From assembly GCA_050010515.1 (NCBI GenBank), contig JBEKKX010000005.1, positions 1 to 64,000 of the forward strand: 64,000 bases of DNA, given 5' to 3'. Positions 50,198 through 61,917 of the stretch are shown piece by piece (positions within the stretch are counted from its first letter, which is position 1; the number at the start of each line of letters is the position of its first letter). Under the pieces are notes generated by a model. That model ran no database searches and was not told the DNA's origin. It worked only from the letters and a program-made list of their open reading frames with translations. A program made the translations under genes and the position numbers. The stretch comes from Candidatus Bathyarchaeia archaeon. GTDB lineage: Archaea > Thermoproteota > Bathyarchaeia > Bathyarchaeales > Bathycorpusculaceae.

Positions 50198-52153
50198 ATG
50201 AAGTTCCAACTTGTCGCGCCATTCCAAATCTCGTCAGGGCAAGAAAAAGCAGTTGACCAGATAGTTAAGAACTTTGTTACGAAAGATAAGCAGACGCTTC
50301 TAGGCTTGACGGGCAGCGGCAAAACTTTTGTGATGGCTAACGTCATCAATCGCCTGCAGAAACCAACCTTGATAATTTCGCATAACAAGATTTTGGCTGC
50401 TCAATTGTATGGCGAGTTGAAGTCGTTTTTTCCGAATAATCGCGTGGAGTACTTCATCAGCTTTTATGACTACTACCAGCCTGAATCTTACTTGCCCGCG
50501 CAGGACATGTACATTGAAAAAGACTCCGATGTGAATGAAGAAATAGAGAAAATGCGTATGCACGCCGTATCCAGCATTGTTAGCCGAAGCGACACCATAA
50601 TAGTCGCCAGCATAAGTTGCATTTACAGTCTTGGGAACCCAGACGACTTCAGAACCATGGCCATCGAATTAGAGGTTGGAAAACAAACTACAAGGCAAGA
50701 ACTCATTCATGCACTAGTAGACATGCAGTACGAGCGGAATGATATGGTGCTTGAGCCAGGCAGGTTCCGCGTGCGGGGCGATGTGCTGGATGTTGTGCCA
50801 TCTTACGAGAATGACATTCTTCGGATTGAACTTGCAGGAAATACAATCGGCAAAATCAAGGAAGTCCACCTGTTAACGGGAGATGTTAAAGGAACGCTTG
50901 ATAAGCTTACGCTTTACCCTGCACGCCAGTATGTGGTTCCTGAAGAGAAGCATGCACTCGCGCTTGAGCATATCAAGCAAGAGTTGGAACTTAGGCTACC
51001 CGATCTTCCTCCGCTTGAGGCGCAACGGCTCAAACAACGAACAAACTATGATTTAGAAATGATAAAGGAAATTGGTTTCTGCGCAGGAATGGAAAATTAC
51101 AGCAGACACTTCGACGGACGCAAACCCGGCGAACCGCCGTTCACGTTGATGGATTACTTTCCTAAAGATTACCTCTTGATTATTGACGAGAGCCACCAGA
51201 CGATTCCTCAAGCACACGCCATGTACAACGGTGACTACTCAAGAAAAAAGAACCTCGTAGACTTCGGCTTCAGACTCCCCAGCGCCTTGGATAACAGGCC
51301 ACTAAAGTTTGAGGAGTTTGAGCGGAAAATGGGCAAAACCCTCTTCGCCTCCGCAACCCCAGCCGAATACGAACTAGAAAAAAGTGGGCCACCAGTGGAA
51401 TTAATCACCCGGCCAACTGGTCTTTTGGACCCTGAAGTGGAGCTTCACCCCATAGCTGGACAGATGCAGCATTTAATGGCGGAAGCAAATAAAACCATCG
51501 AGCGAGGCGACCGCATCCTAATTACAACCCTGACAAAGCGGATGGCTGAAGACCTTGCGGATTATCTTGTTAAGGAAGGCTTCCGCGTCAGGTACATGCA
51601 CTCTGACATTGAAAGCTTAGACCGAATAGAGCTTGTGCGGCAACTACGAGTCGGCGAATTCGACATTCTAGTGGGCATAAACCTGCTGAGGGAGGGCTTA
51701 GACATTCCGGAGGTTGCAACAATTTTCATTTTAGACGCTGACAAGGAAGGTTTTCTGCGAGATGAGCGAAGCCTCATCCAAACCATCGGGCGAGCAGCAA
51801 GAAACGTCAACGGCAGAGTAATACTCTACGCTGACGTGGAAACAGCGTCAATTAAGCGAGCTATGGAAATCACCAAGCACAGGCGCTCCTTCCAGAGACG
51901 CTTCAACCAAATCCACCACATTACTCCAAAGACAATAGTGAAGAGTGTCTCTTTGAAAGAGGGCACAATTAAAGGCACCAAACACTTGGCAAAATCAGAC
52001 ATAAAACGCCAGATGATTGAACTAGATGCGCAAATGAGGGAAGCCGCAGAAAAACTGGACTTTGAGCGAGCTATCGAGTTCAGAGATACGATTGCGGAGT
52101 TAAATAGGGCGTTGTCTAGGAAGATGGAAAGCGAACTTAAACCTGAAAAATGA
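50198..52153 (+). CDS. uvrB: Excinuclease ABC subunit B
   Basis: GLTGSGKT, YDYYQPE, DESH, GINLLREGLD, QTIGRAARN. Confidence 0.97.
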   Translation: MKFQLVAPFQISSGQEKAVDQIVKNFVTKDKQTLLGLTGSGKTFVMANVINRLQKPTLIISHNKILAAQLYGELKSFFPNNRVEYFISFYDYYQPESYLPAQDMYIEKDSDVNEEIEKMRMHAVSSIVSRSDTIIVASISCIYSLGNPDDFRTMAIELEVGKQTTRQELIHALVDMQYERNDMVLEPGRFRVRGDVLDVVPSYENDILRIELAGNTIGKIKEVHLLTGDVKGTLDKLTLYPARQYVVPEEKHALALEHIKQELELRLPDLPPLEAQRLKQRTNYDLEMIKEIGFCAGMENYSRHFDGRKPGEPPFTLMDYFPKDYLLIIDESHQTIPQAHAMYNGDYSRKKNLVDFGFRLPSALDNRPLKFEEFERKMGKTLFASATPAEYELEKSGPPVELITRPTGLLDPEVELHPIAGQMQHLMAEANKTIERGDRILITTLTKRMAEDLADYLVKEGFRVRYMHSDIESLDRIELVRQLRVGEFDILVGINLLREGLDIPEVATIFILDADKEGFLRDERSLIQTIGRAARNVNGRVILYADVETASIKRAMEITKHRRSFQRRFNQIHHITPKTIVKSVSLKEGTIKGTKHLAKSDIKRQMIELDAQMREAAEKLDFERAIEFRDTIAELNRALSRKMESELKPEK

Positions 52154-52235
52154 GTGTTTAGGGCAAAAGGTTGAAATCTTTCATGATTAAACTGGTTACA
52201 ATTTACAGAAGCGGAGTAGGGAATTGGTTTACGTT

Positions 52236-55136
52236 ATGAGAGATACCATTTCAATCAGAGGCGCAAGAGAACACAACCTCAAAAATATAGATGTGGACTT
52301 GCCAAGAAACAAGTTTATAGTGATCACTGGTCTCTCAGGCTCAGGAAAATCCACCCTTGCCTTCGACACTATTTATGCTGAAGGCCAAAGAAGATATGTT
52401 GAAAGCCTCTCCGCTTATGCCAGGCAATTTCTCGGCTTAATGGATAAGCCTGATGTTGACTCGATTGAAGGGTTATCTCCAGCAATCTCCATCGAACAGA
52501 GAAGCACCAGCAAAAACCCCCGTTCAACCGTTGGAACAGTTACCGAAATATACGATTACCTCAGGCTGCTTTATGCACGTATTGGCACGCATCATTGTCC
52601 AAAATGCGGCAGCTCAATTCATCCCCAAAGCCCCGAAAACATAACCAGCTTAATTATGGCTGAGAAAGAAAAAACACTCACTTTCCTAGCGCCAATAATT
52701 CGGGGCATAAAGGGAACCCACGAGCAAGTTTTTGATGACCTCAAAAAACAAGGCTACACCAAAATCCGGGTTGACCAAAAAATTTACGATTCAGACTCAA
52801 TCAAAGAAGAAGTTAAGCTTGTGCGTTATGAGAAGCACTGGATTGAAGCCGTTATTGACACGGTAAAAATGGTCGATGAGGAACGCTCACGTATTTCTGA
52901 AGCTGTGGAGCAGGCGCTTCAAGTCGGCAAAGGAACCATGATAGTCATCGACGCCAAAAAAGCTGACGAGGAAAAGAAGAAGGAGCTTGAACGCTTTGAA
53001 GATGAAACAATGTTCAGCACTTTTGGAGCCTGCCCTAACCATCCAGAAATAGTGTTTGAAAGCCTTGAGCCGCGCATGTTCTCGTTTAACTCGCCCTTTG
53101 GTGCTTGTCCAAGCTGCCACGGCTTAGGGGAAATCACAGAAATCTCTGAAGACCTAGTGATTCCAGATAAGAATCTCTCCATTATTGATGGAGCATTAGC
53201 TGTTTACGGCAGTATGGATCTTAGCTGGCGGGCTCAGCAGCTTGCGACGGTTGGCAAAAAACATGGATTCGACGTTTTTACTCCAATAAAGGATTTTACG
53301 GAACAGCAACTGCATGTGCTCTTGCACGGCGACAGAGAACCCATAAATGGCCAATGGTCGAATGGGGCAAACATGTGGATGCGTGAAGGTTGGGAAGGCA
53401 TAATCCCGCAAACAGCAAGGCTTTATCGTCAAACTGAAAGTGAATGGCGGAAAGAAGACATTGAAAAGCTCATGACCTCTAGACCCTGTAACGCGTGTAA
53501 AGGGAAAAAATTGCAGCCTGTAGTGCTTGCAGTAAAAATACTGGACAAAAGCATAATCGATGTAACTGACCTTTCAATTGAAGAAGCAGTTGACTTCTTT
53601 AGCAATCTGCCCATCCAGCTGAACGAGAAAGAATTAACCATTGCTAAGCAGGTGCTAAAGGAAATCAACGAGCGCTTAAGTTTTCTTAAGAATGTTGGTT
53701 TGGGCTACCTTTCGCTTTCCCGTGCGGCAAGAACACTCTCCGGCGGCGAAGCGCAAAGGATTCGTTTGGCTACGCAAATTGGTAGCAACTTGATGGGTGT
53801 ACTCTATATTCTTGATGAACCCAGCATTGGTTTGCATCAAAGGGACAATGCTAAGCTCATAAGCACACTTCGCCGCTTACGTGATTTAGGTAATACGCTG
53901 ATTGTTGTAGAGCATGATGAGGAAACAATACGCAATGCAGACTGCATTGTTGATATGGGACCTGGCGCAGGAGTCCATGGAGGACACGTTGTCGCAGAGG
54001 GCTCGCCAGCTGAAATCATGGCGAATAAGCGAAGCCTCACAGGCAAATACCTTTCTGGAGAATTAAAAATTGAAGTGCCCGCGGTAAGGCGAAAACCCGT
54101 TGGCTGCATCACCGTTAAGGGAGCAGAAGAAAACAACCTCAAACACCTCACCTTGCAGCTGCCGTTAGGTGTATTGTGTGGAGTTACTGGTGTTTCTGGT
54201 TCTGGCAAAAGTACGCTGATGAATTTGACCGTTATTCCTATGTTGCGGCAAATGTTCGGGGAACGGGTTGACAAAGTCGGTAAACACGAATCGATTGATG
54301 TTCCAAACGTAGTCAGGAATGTTATAGTTATCGACCAGGATCCAATTGGCAGAACACCGAGAAGCAACCCTGCAACTTACACGAAACTTTTCGATGAGAT
54401 TAGGCGCATTTTCGCTTCAACCAAAGAGGCAAAGGCGCGCGGTTACAAGGAAGGACGATTCAGTTTCAACGTGAAAGGCGGCAGATGTGAAACCTGCCAA
54501 GGCGACGGCGTCCTGCGCATAGAAATGAACTTCCTGCCTGCTGTTTACGTGCAATGTAGCGACTGCAAAGGCAAACGGTACAACAAGGAAACCTTAAGCG
54601 TTCTCTATAAGGGCAAGAACATTGCTGAAGTGTTGGATATGACTGTGGAGGAAGCGGCAAAGTTCTTTGAGAACACTCCAAGAATTTCACGCAAACTAAC
54701 CACGCTGTTAGACGTTGGATTGGGATACATTAAACTTGGGCAAAGCTCAACTACCTTGTCAGGCGGAGAAAGCCAACGCATCAAAATCACCCGTGAACTT
54801 AGCAAAAACAAGTCTGGGCATGTTGTTTACATGCTTGACGAACCAACCACGGGTCTGCATTTTGATGATACTAAACGGTTGATTAAAGTGTTAAATCGGC
54901 TTGTTGACAACGGCAACACCGTCTACATCATCGAACATAACTTAGACGTGATTAAAAGCTGCGATTACCTTGTCGATTTGGGTCCTGAAGGCGGAGCAGC
55001 TGGCGGCGAAGTGCTGGCGCAGGGAACACCCGAGGAAGTCGCGCAAAAGGTTGCGTCTTATACGGGTATGTTTTTGAAGAAAATACTTAACCGTCCGCAA
55101 GAAGAAATTAGTTTGGCAGTGAAACAGTCTGCATGA
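52236..55136 (+). CDS. uvrA: Excinuclease ABC subunit A
   Basis: GAREHNLK, two ABC domains, zinc fingers. Confidence 0.97.
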   Translation: MRDTISIRGAREHNLKNIDVDLPRNKFIVITGLSGSGKSTLAFDTIYAEGQRRYVESLSAYARQFLGLMDKPDVDSIEGLSPAISIEQRSTSKNPRSTVGTVTEIYDYLRLLYARIGTHHCPKCGSSIHPQSPENITSLIMAEKEKTLTFLAPIIRGIKGTHEQVFDDLKKQGYTKIRVDQKIYDSDSIKEEVKLVRYEKHWIEAVIDTVKMVDEERSRISEAVEQALQVGKGTMIVIDAKKADEEKKKELERFEDETMFSTFGACPNHPEIVFESLEPRMFSFNSPFGACPSCHGLGEITEISEDLVIPDKNLSIIDGALAVYGSMDLSWRAQQLATVGKKHGFDVFTPIKDFTEQQLHVLLHGDREPINGQWSNGANMWMREGWEGIIPQTARLYRQTESEWRKEDIEKLMTSRPCNACKGKKLQPVVLAVKILDKSIIDVTDLSIEEAVDFFSNLPIQLNEKELTIAKQVLKEINERLSFLKNVGLGYLSLSRAARTLSGGEAQRIRLATQIGSNLMGVLYILDEPSIGLHQRDNAKLISTLRRLRDLGNTLIVVEHDEETIRNADCIVDMGPGAGVHGGHVVAEGSPAEIMANKRSLTGKYLSGELKIEVPAVRRKPVGCITVKGAEENNLKHLTLQLPLGVLCGVTGVSGSGKSTLMNLTVIPMLRQMFGERVDKVGKHESIDVPNVVRNVIVIDQDPIGRTPRSNPATYTKLFDEIRRIFASTKEAKARGYKEGRFSFNVKGGRCETCQGDGVLRIEMNFLPAVYVQCSDCKGKRYNKETLSVLYKGKNIAEVLDMTVEEAAKFFENTPRISRKLTTLLDVGLGYIKLGQSSTTLSGGESQRIKITRELSKNKSGHVVYMLDEPTTGLHFDDTKRLIKVLNRLVDNGNTVYIIEHNLDVIKSCDYLVDLGPEGGAAGGEVLAQGTPEEVAQKVASYTGMFLKKILNRPQEEISLAVKQSA

Positions 55137-56737
55137 TCCAAATAACATGCCCCTCGGACTTCAAAAGCTCAGATATGCCAACAAACCCTGGAGTTTACCT
55201 ATTCAAGAACGAGCAAGGCGAAATTCTATACATTGGCAAAGCCAAAAGCCTCCGCGCCCGTGTCAAAAGCTACTTTTCAAACACAGACCAACCAGCGAAA
55301 ACACGGCAGCTAGTTTCAAGGATTAGAAATATCGACTGGATTATTGTTAACAATGAAGTTGAAGCTTTGCTTTTAGAAAACAAGCTGGTTAAGCAGCACA
55401 CGCCCAAGTATAATATTGACCTTAAGGATGCTAAAACTTTCGCTTACATCTCACTCACAAGAGAGCCCTATCCAAGTATACTTACCAGCCGCAAAGTGTC
55501 ACGCAAACTCGAATCGTTTGGACCATACACTGAAGGGTTCACAAGGCAGGATCTTCAGCGCTTAGTAGTGCGAGTGTTTAAACTGCGCACATGCAAGACC
55601 ATGCATAAACGTGCATGCTTAAACTTTCACATTCGCCTGTGTACCGCGCCCTGCACCGGAAAAGTCACCGCTGAACAGTACGCGGAGCAGGTTAAGCAGG
55701 CGCGCTCTTTTCTGAACGGAAACTACCAGCAAACAATCGAACAACTCAAATCCCAAATGCAAGCCGCCTCTACAGAGAAGAAATACGAAGAAGCCCTTGA
55801 ACTGCGCAACCAAATCGCTTCTATCCGCCTTTTGACGGAACACCAGATTGTGGACAACGAGAGGCGATTTGACCAGGACATTATGGCGTTTAAGCAGGTT
55901 GGCGAAAAAATGCTGGCGGTGCAGATGGGAGTGAGAAGAGGCGTGCTGCTTGGCAAAAAACAATTCAGCGTAGACCTTCAGCCTCAGATCGAACAAGAAT
56001 TCTTAAAGGCTTACTACGCAACCAACCAGATACCGCGCGAGATATTGTTGAATAAGCCTTGTTGGCAGGGAACAGAAGAGAAAAAAGCCTTAGAAGAGTT
56101 CCTTTCAGCGAAAAGATGCGCGCCTGTTGCGTTGACGATTCCTAGGCGAGCCGATAAGCTTGCGCTTGTGCAGCTGGCGGAGAAAAACTTGGAATCCACA
56201 TTGGAAGTTGATAGTGCACTTGTTGATTTGCAGACTAAGCTTAATCTTCCAGTGTTGCCGCGTGTGATTGAATGTTTTGATGTTTCCAATTTGGGGCAGG
56301 AGCATGTGGTTTCAGGCATGGTAAGCTTTAGGGACGCGAAGCCTGACAAGAAGAACTACCGTAAATTCAAAATCAAAACTTTCATGGGACAGGATGATTT
56401 CGCCGCCGTCAACGAGGTTGTCATGAGAAGGTATAAGCGTTTGGTAGAAGAAAAAAGCCAGCTGCCCGATTTAGTGGTGATTGACGGGGGACCGGGGCAG
56501 GTTAGCGCTGCAAAAACGGCGTTGCAAACGCTACGATTGCAAATTCCGCTTATTGGCTTGGCGAAGGAGCATGAGGAAATTTATTTGCCAGACGAGTCTG
56601 CGCCAAGAAACTTTGACAAGAACAGCAGAATGATGCTTTTGCTGAGGAGAATCCGTGACGCAGCCCATGAGTTCTCATTGGGCTACAACCTTAAGAGAAG
56701 GCAAATGAAGATTAGGGAAGAATTCAAGCAAGGCTAA
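55133..56737 (+). CDS. uvrC: Excinuclease ABC subunit C (no C-terminal HhH)
   Basis: GVY..YIGKA GIY-YIG domain, IECFDVSN, IDGG, RIRDAAH. Confidence 0.93.
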   Translation: MIQITCPSDFKSSDMPTNPGVYLFKNEQGEILYIGKAKSLRARVKSYFSNTDQPAKTRQLVSRIRNIDWIIVNNEVEALLLENKLVKQHTPKYNIDLKDAKTFAYISLTREPYPSILTSRKVSRKLESFGPYTEGFTRQDLQRLVVRVFKLRTCKTMHKRACLNFHIRLCTAPCTGKVTAEQYAEQVKQARSFLNGNYQQTIEQLKSQMQAASTEKKYEEALELRNQIASIRLLTEHQIVDNERRFDQDIMAFKQVGEKMLAVQMGVRRGVLLGKKQFSVDLQPQIEQEFLKAYYATNQIPREILLNKPCWQGTEEKKALEEFLSAKRCAPVALTIPRRADKLALVQLAEKNLESTLEVDSALVDLQTKLNLPVLPRVIECFDVSNLGQEHVVSGMVSFRDAKPDKKNYRKFKIKTFMGQDDFAAVNEVVMRRYKRLVEEKSQLPDLVVIDGGPGQVSAAKTALQTLRLQIPLIGLAKEHEEIYLPDESAPRNFDKNSRMMLLLRRIRDAAHEFSLGYNLKRRQMKIREEFKQG

Positions 56738-56844
56738 GCGCTGCATTCCACGTTCCCTTAAAAAGCACCTTTTTTCCTTCCAAGCATCCAATTATATTAA
56801 TTAATAACTTGAAATAGTTTATTTCCAATGGCGGGAGAAAAGCA

Positions 56845-57675
56845 TTGCTTGACATGGTTACATTGCTTCTGATGTCTGTAGCTGTTGGCCTCGTAGGTTC
56901 TCTTATAGGTCTGGGCGGCGCCAGCATTCTAACCCCTATCTTGGTTTTACTAGGCTTCCCCGTCAAGGAGGCAGTGGCATGCGGAATGGTGGCTATAATC
57001 GCTACGTCCAGCGGTTCAGCCTCATCCTTCGTGAAAGACAGGATTACCAACATAAAAATCGCTATGTACCTTGAAATGTTCACCATCATCGGCGCCATCG
57101 CGGGAGCAACAATCACTGTAATAATCGCGCCAGTTTTCCTCTATTTCCTATTCGCAGGTTTCCTACTTACTTCCTTCATTAACTTTAGAAGCTCATTCAA
57201 AGAAGTTTATACTCCGCCAGAGAAACAAGACAAAATTTCCAAACGGCTCGGCCTTGAAGGAAGCTACTTTGACAAAGCCAAAAATCAAGTAATAAAATAC
57301 AAAGCCACCAACTCTCTTCTGGGAGGATTAGGCATGTTTGTAGCTGGCATTGCCGCGGGGATGCTTGGGATAGGGGCGGGAGCTTTCAAAGTTATTGTTC
57401 ACGAGAAAGTCCTAAAAATACCCTCAAAAGTATCCAGCGCTTCAAGCAGCTTCATCATAGGCATGACTGCACTGGCAGGCGTGAGCGTTTACCTTTTTTC
57501 AGGTCTTTTGAACCTAACCTTAATGGCGCCAATGGCTGTGGGCACAACAATAGGCGCAGTGGTTGGCGGAAGATTGTTAAATAGAATCCGCGACAGAAAC
57601 CTCAGAATACTCTTCCTCGTCATAGTTACACTCTTAATTATTCAGATGTTATACAAAGGAGTGGCCACGCTATGA
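56845..57675 (+). CDS. TauE/SafE sulfite-exporter family permease
   Basis: GLGGA and GIGAG repeats, about 8 TM segments. Confidence 0.88.
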   Translation: MLDMVTLLLMSVAVGLVGSLIGLGGASILTPILVLLGFPVKEAVACGMVAIIATSSGSASSFVKDRITNIKIAMYLEMFTIIGAIAGATITVIIAPVFLYFLFAGFLLTSFINFRSSFKEVYTPPEKQDKISKRLGLEGSYFDKAKNQVIKYKATNSLLGGLGMFVAGIAAGMLGIGAGAFKVIVHEKVLKIPSKVSSASSSFIIGMTALAGVSVYLFSGLLNLTLMAPMAVGTTIGAVVGGRLLNRIRDRNLRILFLVIVTLLIIQMLYKGVATL

Positions 57676-58064
57676 CTTCTCAGGGCTTAGGCAGCGGCGA
57701 ATCAAAACTAGAATCCATCATAAGCTACATTCTAATAATAGGCGTCGTCATCAGCGTACTGCTGGAAATTATCGGAATAGCCCTCTTCTATGAGGCTTAC
57801 GGTAACCTGCAAGTTTCCCAAAGTAAGGCTGTGTTTATTACTGGACAGGATTTTTTCGCTTTCATATACAACCAAATCCAACACTTACTCGTATCACAAA
57901 ACGCCCTCTGGTTCATGACAATAGGGCTAATAATATTAATTTTAACCCCCTACATCCGAGCAATTACTTCTGTCGTCTATTTTGCATGGGAAAAGAACCG
58001 CAATTACGTGTTGATAACGCTTTTTGTGCTCATAGTGTTGACAGTAAGTTTGGCACTACATTAA
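57672..58064 (+). CDS. DUF1634 membrane protein
   Basis: GL..LILTP..R motif; usual TauE partner. Confidence 0.8.
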   Translation: MTSQGLGSGESKLESIISYILIIGVVISVLLEIIGIALFYEAYGNLQVSQSKAVFITGQDFFAFIYNQIQHLLVSQNALWFMTIGLIILILTPYIRAITSVVYFAWEKNRNYVLITLFVLIVLTVSLALH

Positions 58065-58092
58065 ACAGATAAGATTAACGTTGGATTATTAC

Positions 58093-58170
58093 TGGCGGGC
58101 CCGACGGGAATTGAACCCGCGACCTACGGATTAAGAGTCCGCCGCTCTAGCCTGACTGAGCCACGGGCCC
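58093..58170 (-). tRNA. tRNA-Lys(CTT) with encoded CCA
   Basis: GGGCCCG/CGGGCCC acceptor stem, GCGGA-CTCTTAA-TCCGT, GGTTCAATT, GCCA. Confidence 0.96.
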
Positions 58171-58298
58171 GCATAAAGACTTCTTTTGAAAAAGGTTTCA
58201 TTGAATAATATAGAGCTTACGGTTTGTTGTTGCTGCAGCGTGATGCAGTGAAAAATTAATAACAAAGCAGTCCTTTACCTTTGTAATGGAGCATTTTT

Positions 58299-59225
58299 AT
58301 GACAAACTCTTTGGGCGAAGTTTTCATTCTAAAAACTACAGATAGAGCAACAGGTGTCCCTGCATTGCTCAACAAGTTTGGCTTAGGTGATTATTCTGGG
58401 AAGCAGGTGGCTTTGAAGGCGAATTTTAACAGTGCTGACCCGTTTCCAGCATCAACCCACCTTGACACTTTAAGAGCCATAGTGCAAACCTTAAAAAACG
58501 CTGGAGCGAGCGACGTAACGTTGGCTGAACGCAGCGGCATGGGCGACACCGAGCAGGTTCTGGAGAAAATGGGCGTTTTAGCTCTATCAAGGGAACTAGG
58601 GTTTAAGGCTGTTGTCTTAAATAACGTGGGCAAGGAAGACTGGCTTAAAGTTGAACGAGGAGGCACCCATTGGGCAAGAGGATTCTACATGGCGAAAGTA
58701 TTCCATGACGCTGACAAAGTTGTCCAGACATGCTGCCTAAAAACGCACAGGTTCGGCGGCCACTTCACGCTTTCGCTAAAGAATTCCGTGGGTTTAGTGG
58801 CAAAAAAGGTTCCTGGCGGAATGTACGATTACATGTGGGAACTGCATACTTCACCCTATCAGCGGCAGATGATTGCGGAAATAAACAACAATTACAACGT
58901 GGACTTTGTTTTAATGGATGGAATAAAAGCATTCACAACCGGCGGTCCTGACCGAGGCACGTTGGTTGAGCCTAACCTTTTGCTTGCAAGCCGGGACCGA
59001 GTGGCCATAGACGCAGTCGGAGTAGCGATCCTCAAAATGTACGGAGCTAAAGGCAAAGTTGGCGAAGCAGACGTTTTCGAGCAAGCCCAGCTACGACGCG
59101 CAGCAGAGCTGGGTTTCGGAGTGAAATCAGCCGCCGAAATACAGTTGACGCCTCTAAATGATGAAAGCAGAGTTGACGCAGAGCGGATAGAGCGGGTTCT
59201 TAAAGCGCAGGTTGCTACGCATTAA
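58299..59225 (+). CDS. DUF362 family protein
   Basis: LKANFN, LAERSG, LKTH.FGG..TLSLKN..G, DRVAID. Confidence 0.85.
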   Translation: MTNSLGEVFILKTTDRATGVPALLNKFGLGDYSGKQVALKANFNSADPFPASTHLDTLRAIVQTLKNAGASDVTLAERSGMGDTEQVLEKMGVLALSRELGFKAVVLNNVGKEDWLKVERGGTHWARGFYMAKVFHDADKVVQTCCLKTHRFGGHFTLSLKNSVGLVAKKVPGGMYDYMWELHTSPYQRQMIAEINNNYNVDFVLMDGIKAFTTGGPDRGTLVEPNLLLASRDRVAIDAVGVAILKMYGAKGKVGEADVFEQAQLRRAAELGFGVKSAAEIQLTPLNDESRVDAERIERVLKAQVATH

Positions 59226-59889
59226 CACTCATGAGTATGTCTGGCTTGTCGCTGGCTATGCCGTCCACGCCTTTCTTAGCGTATTCCTCGACTTCTTCTG
59301 GGTTGTTTATAGTCCAAACTATCACTTTTAAACCGTTTTCATGGGCTTTCTGGACATTAGCGGTATGCGTGAATCTGTAGAGGGCAAAAAGATAGTTCGC
59401 TTTCAGTTCTAACGCTGCTTTAATTGGGTTCTTGTGCTTCGCGTAAATCAAGCCTGTCTCGATGTCCTTGTTTAATTCCCTAACTTTCTTTAGCGCATCT
59501 TCAAGAAAAGAAGTGATAACAACATTCTTCTCTATGCCTTTCTTATGCACTGTTGAAAGCACTTGCTCTTCAATGCCCGTTTCCTTAAGCTCAACAAACA
59601 CCTTCACCTTCTTATCCAAAAAATCCAGCGTTTCCTCCAAAGTCGGAATTTTCTCGCCTTTCTCAGCGGAAAAGCTTTTGATTTCTTTAAGCGTAAGCTC
59701 ACTTACTAAGCCTTCGCCGTTGGTTGTCCGCTTAACATCTGCGTCGTGAATGACGACAAGTTGGTTGTCTTTGGTCTTTCTAACATCCAACTCAACTGCA
59801 TCTACGCCGATTTCTAATGCCTTCTTAAAACTCGCCAACGTATTCTCAGGCGCATAAGCCCTGGCGCCCCTATGACCAATACGCAACAT
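59215..59889 (-). CDS. Glycerophosphodiester phosphodiesterase
   Basis: GHRGA...PENT, ELDV, IHD, WTIN, GVDGIASD. Confidence 0.92.
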   Translation of the reverse strand: MLRIGHRGARAYAPENTLASFKKALEIGVDAVELDVRKTKDNQLVVIHDADVKRTTNGEGLVSELTLKEIKSFSAEKGEKIPTLEETLDFLDKKVKVFVELKETGIEEQVLSTVHKKGIEKNVVITSFLEDALKKVRELNKDIETGLIYAKHKNPIKAALELKANYLFALYRFTHTANVQKAHENGLKVIVWTINNPEEVEEYAKKGVDGIASDKPDILMSVNA

Positions 59890-59999
59890 AATAAATTGAT
59901 TCTTCAACGAAGAATAATACTTTTTGCAAGTTCCCTCTTTAGAGAGATAAGTCTTAAATCTGAAAAGCGTAGAAATAGCCTAACATGGAAAAAACAGCC

Positions 60000-60187
60000 T
60001 TATATCTTTGCGCAAGCCTTAACCTAACTAGTATTTTATGCCAAAATGGTTTTTTTGAGCAAAAAAGGCGTTTCTAAAGTATTTTATTTTATCTTTTTTG
60101 TTTATTTTTTATGGGGAGTGTTCATGTCTCTATAGACAATATTTCAAATTTAATGTGGAAATACCTTATATATGCAAAAAACGTAGT
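60000..60187. repeat. Copy of the nrdR upstream region
   Basis: Aligns with 28050-28236. Confidence 0.88.
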
Positions 60188-60530
60188 CATAATTTGGCAT
60201 TAATGCCCCAAGGCAAGGCAGAGGAATGGAGTGTGTTACCATTCGTCTGTCTTGTCCCCTTTTTGAGTTTACTAAACCTTGAAATATTTTAGGCGACTTT
60301 AACATATAAAAACTTTGGGTAAACGTTTCTGTCCAAGACAATGGTGTAAATCACCAGTCCAACCATTCAAAATTAATATCAAAATGTCAATTGACTTTTG
60401 AGACAATAACACACATGCTTAAAACTAAATTGCTTCAAATAATATATGATAAGTGTGATATCATGGTTAAAGATGACCGAGGCAAGAAATTTAGTTGTCT
60501 TAAATGTGGGGCTATGTTTAAGTGACCTGA

Positions 60531-60674
60531 ATGAGAGCAAAAGAAGTTTACTTATGCCATGAATGTCAGAAAAATATTGAAGTTGGTGATGACTTCATAA
60601 GGTTCAAGGCTTTTGGGGTCGTTAGTTACTATCATAAAAAGTGTTTCAAAGAAACCCAGAAAAAACTAAGTTAG
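60531..60674 (+). CDS. Small CxxC...HxxC zinc-finger protein (47 aa); not in the ORF track
   Basis: MRAKEVYLCHECQKNIEVGDDFIRFKAFGVVSYYHKKCFKETQKKLS*. Confidence 0.6.
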   Translation: MRAKEVYLCHECQKNIEVGDDFIRFKAFGVVSYYHKKCFKETQKKLS

Positions 60675-60789
60675 CTATCATGTAAAGAATTATTATCGAG
60701 TACATTCAAGGATTAGGAACTTCGCTATTATAGAGTAGACAAGTCTTAAATCTGAAAAGCTCTGAAATAGACTAAACAGGGAATATCTT

Positions 60790-61221
60790 ATGAGTCCCAT
60801 AGTGCCTAATTACGGTCCAATTCCAAAGTTAGAAGGTTACTTAGAAGACGCAGTAAAAACGAATTATTGGTTTTATGCTATTGTTTTCTCTGCTATCGAA
60901 GTTGAAAAATATGGCTGTGACAAAATTAGAAGCCATATGACCTCTCTAAAAGCTGAACCTTCTTTTATTGAAGCTATTTTAAAAAGAGTAAATTTGTTAA
61001 CTGTAGCTGACTGTTTACTAGAATTAAAGTTCATTGAGAAAGAAGAGTACAAAACAATAACCGAACTTAATGCAATAAGAAATGATTGTGTTCATAGAAC
61101 AGCAAAAGACCCAAGTATCAATGGTACAGAAGCTACCAAAAAATATGAACCACTAGTGAAGGAAGCAATAACTATTCTAAAAGAGAAACTTGATGCTGTT
61201 AGAATGTTTGCTGTTCCATAG
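60790..61221 (+). CDS. Hypothetical protein with HEPN-like Rx4H motif
   Basis: LNAIRNDCVH in an all-helical 143-aa protein. Confidence 0.6.
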   Translation: MSPIVPNYGPIPKLEGYLEDAVKTNYWFYAIVFSAIEVEKYGCDKIRSHMTSLKAEPSFIEAILKRVNLLTVADCLLELKFIEKEEYKTITELNAIRNDCVHRTAKDPSINGTEATKKYEPLVKEAITILKEKLDAVRMFAVP

Positions 61222-61350
61222 TGTTCTTCCTTGTTTTTGTAAACGGTTAGGGCTATTAACGAGTATTTTTGTTCTCAATACTGCTATTTTTCATTGATAA
61301 TAAACCTTAAATCTGCATAAGGCACAGAATAGACCAACTAAGGAAAATTT

Positions 61351-61917
61351 ATGAAAAGCTCGACTTACTATTTTTTAACTGTAATTATATCAATTTTTTT
61401 CTTTGCTGGAATGATTTTAACCACTCGATTTAATCCAAATATTAATTATGAAACTGCTTCCAACAGCACCAGTTCGTTTTTTGGAAATATACATTCTATA
61501 GATTACGAAACAATACCTACCATCATTAACGGAATGACTACAATAACGAGTATTATTATAGGTTTTAGTGGCGCTATTATTGGGCTTGTTTATCGTGAAA
61601 ATATGAAGAGTAAAGCACTAAGAAGAATTCTTCATGTATTTACCTTTGAATCTATAGCTGCTCTGGGTGTTCTGTTGGTTGTTTATTATTCTTTATTAGT
61701 CGGAGACTTTACCGATGCTTTAAGGTACTCTTTGGTTACAGTCCTCTTTTCGATATGCATTTTTTCTGTTTGCTTGGTTAGCGTTTTTTACAGAATAGAT
61801 AAGCTGAAAGATGCAGAATTGCAAAATATGCAACCACCAACAAAAAGCTTGTCGAAATCATCGGAAAAAGAAGAGACTCAAAAAGAGGCTGAATTGCAAG
61901 AAAAAATTATAAGTTAG
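61351..61917 (+). CDS. 4-TM hypothetical membrane protein
   Basis: Hydrophobic helices; AT-rich cassette gene. Confidence 0.65.
   Translation: MKSSTYYFLTVIISIFFFAGMILTTRFNPNINYETASNSTSSFFGNIHSIDYETIPTIINGMTTITSIIIGFSGAIIGLVYRENMKSKALRRILHVFTFESIAALGVLLVVYYSLLVGDFTDALRYSLVTVLFSICIFSVCLVSVFYRIDKLKDAELQNMQPPTKSLSKSSEKEETQKEAELQEKIIS

Noticed and set aside
53196-54811. Antisense ORFs within uvrA (and similar shadow ORFs elsewhere)
   Set aside because: They are codon-bias shadows of well-supported genes on the opposite strand.
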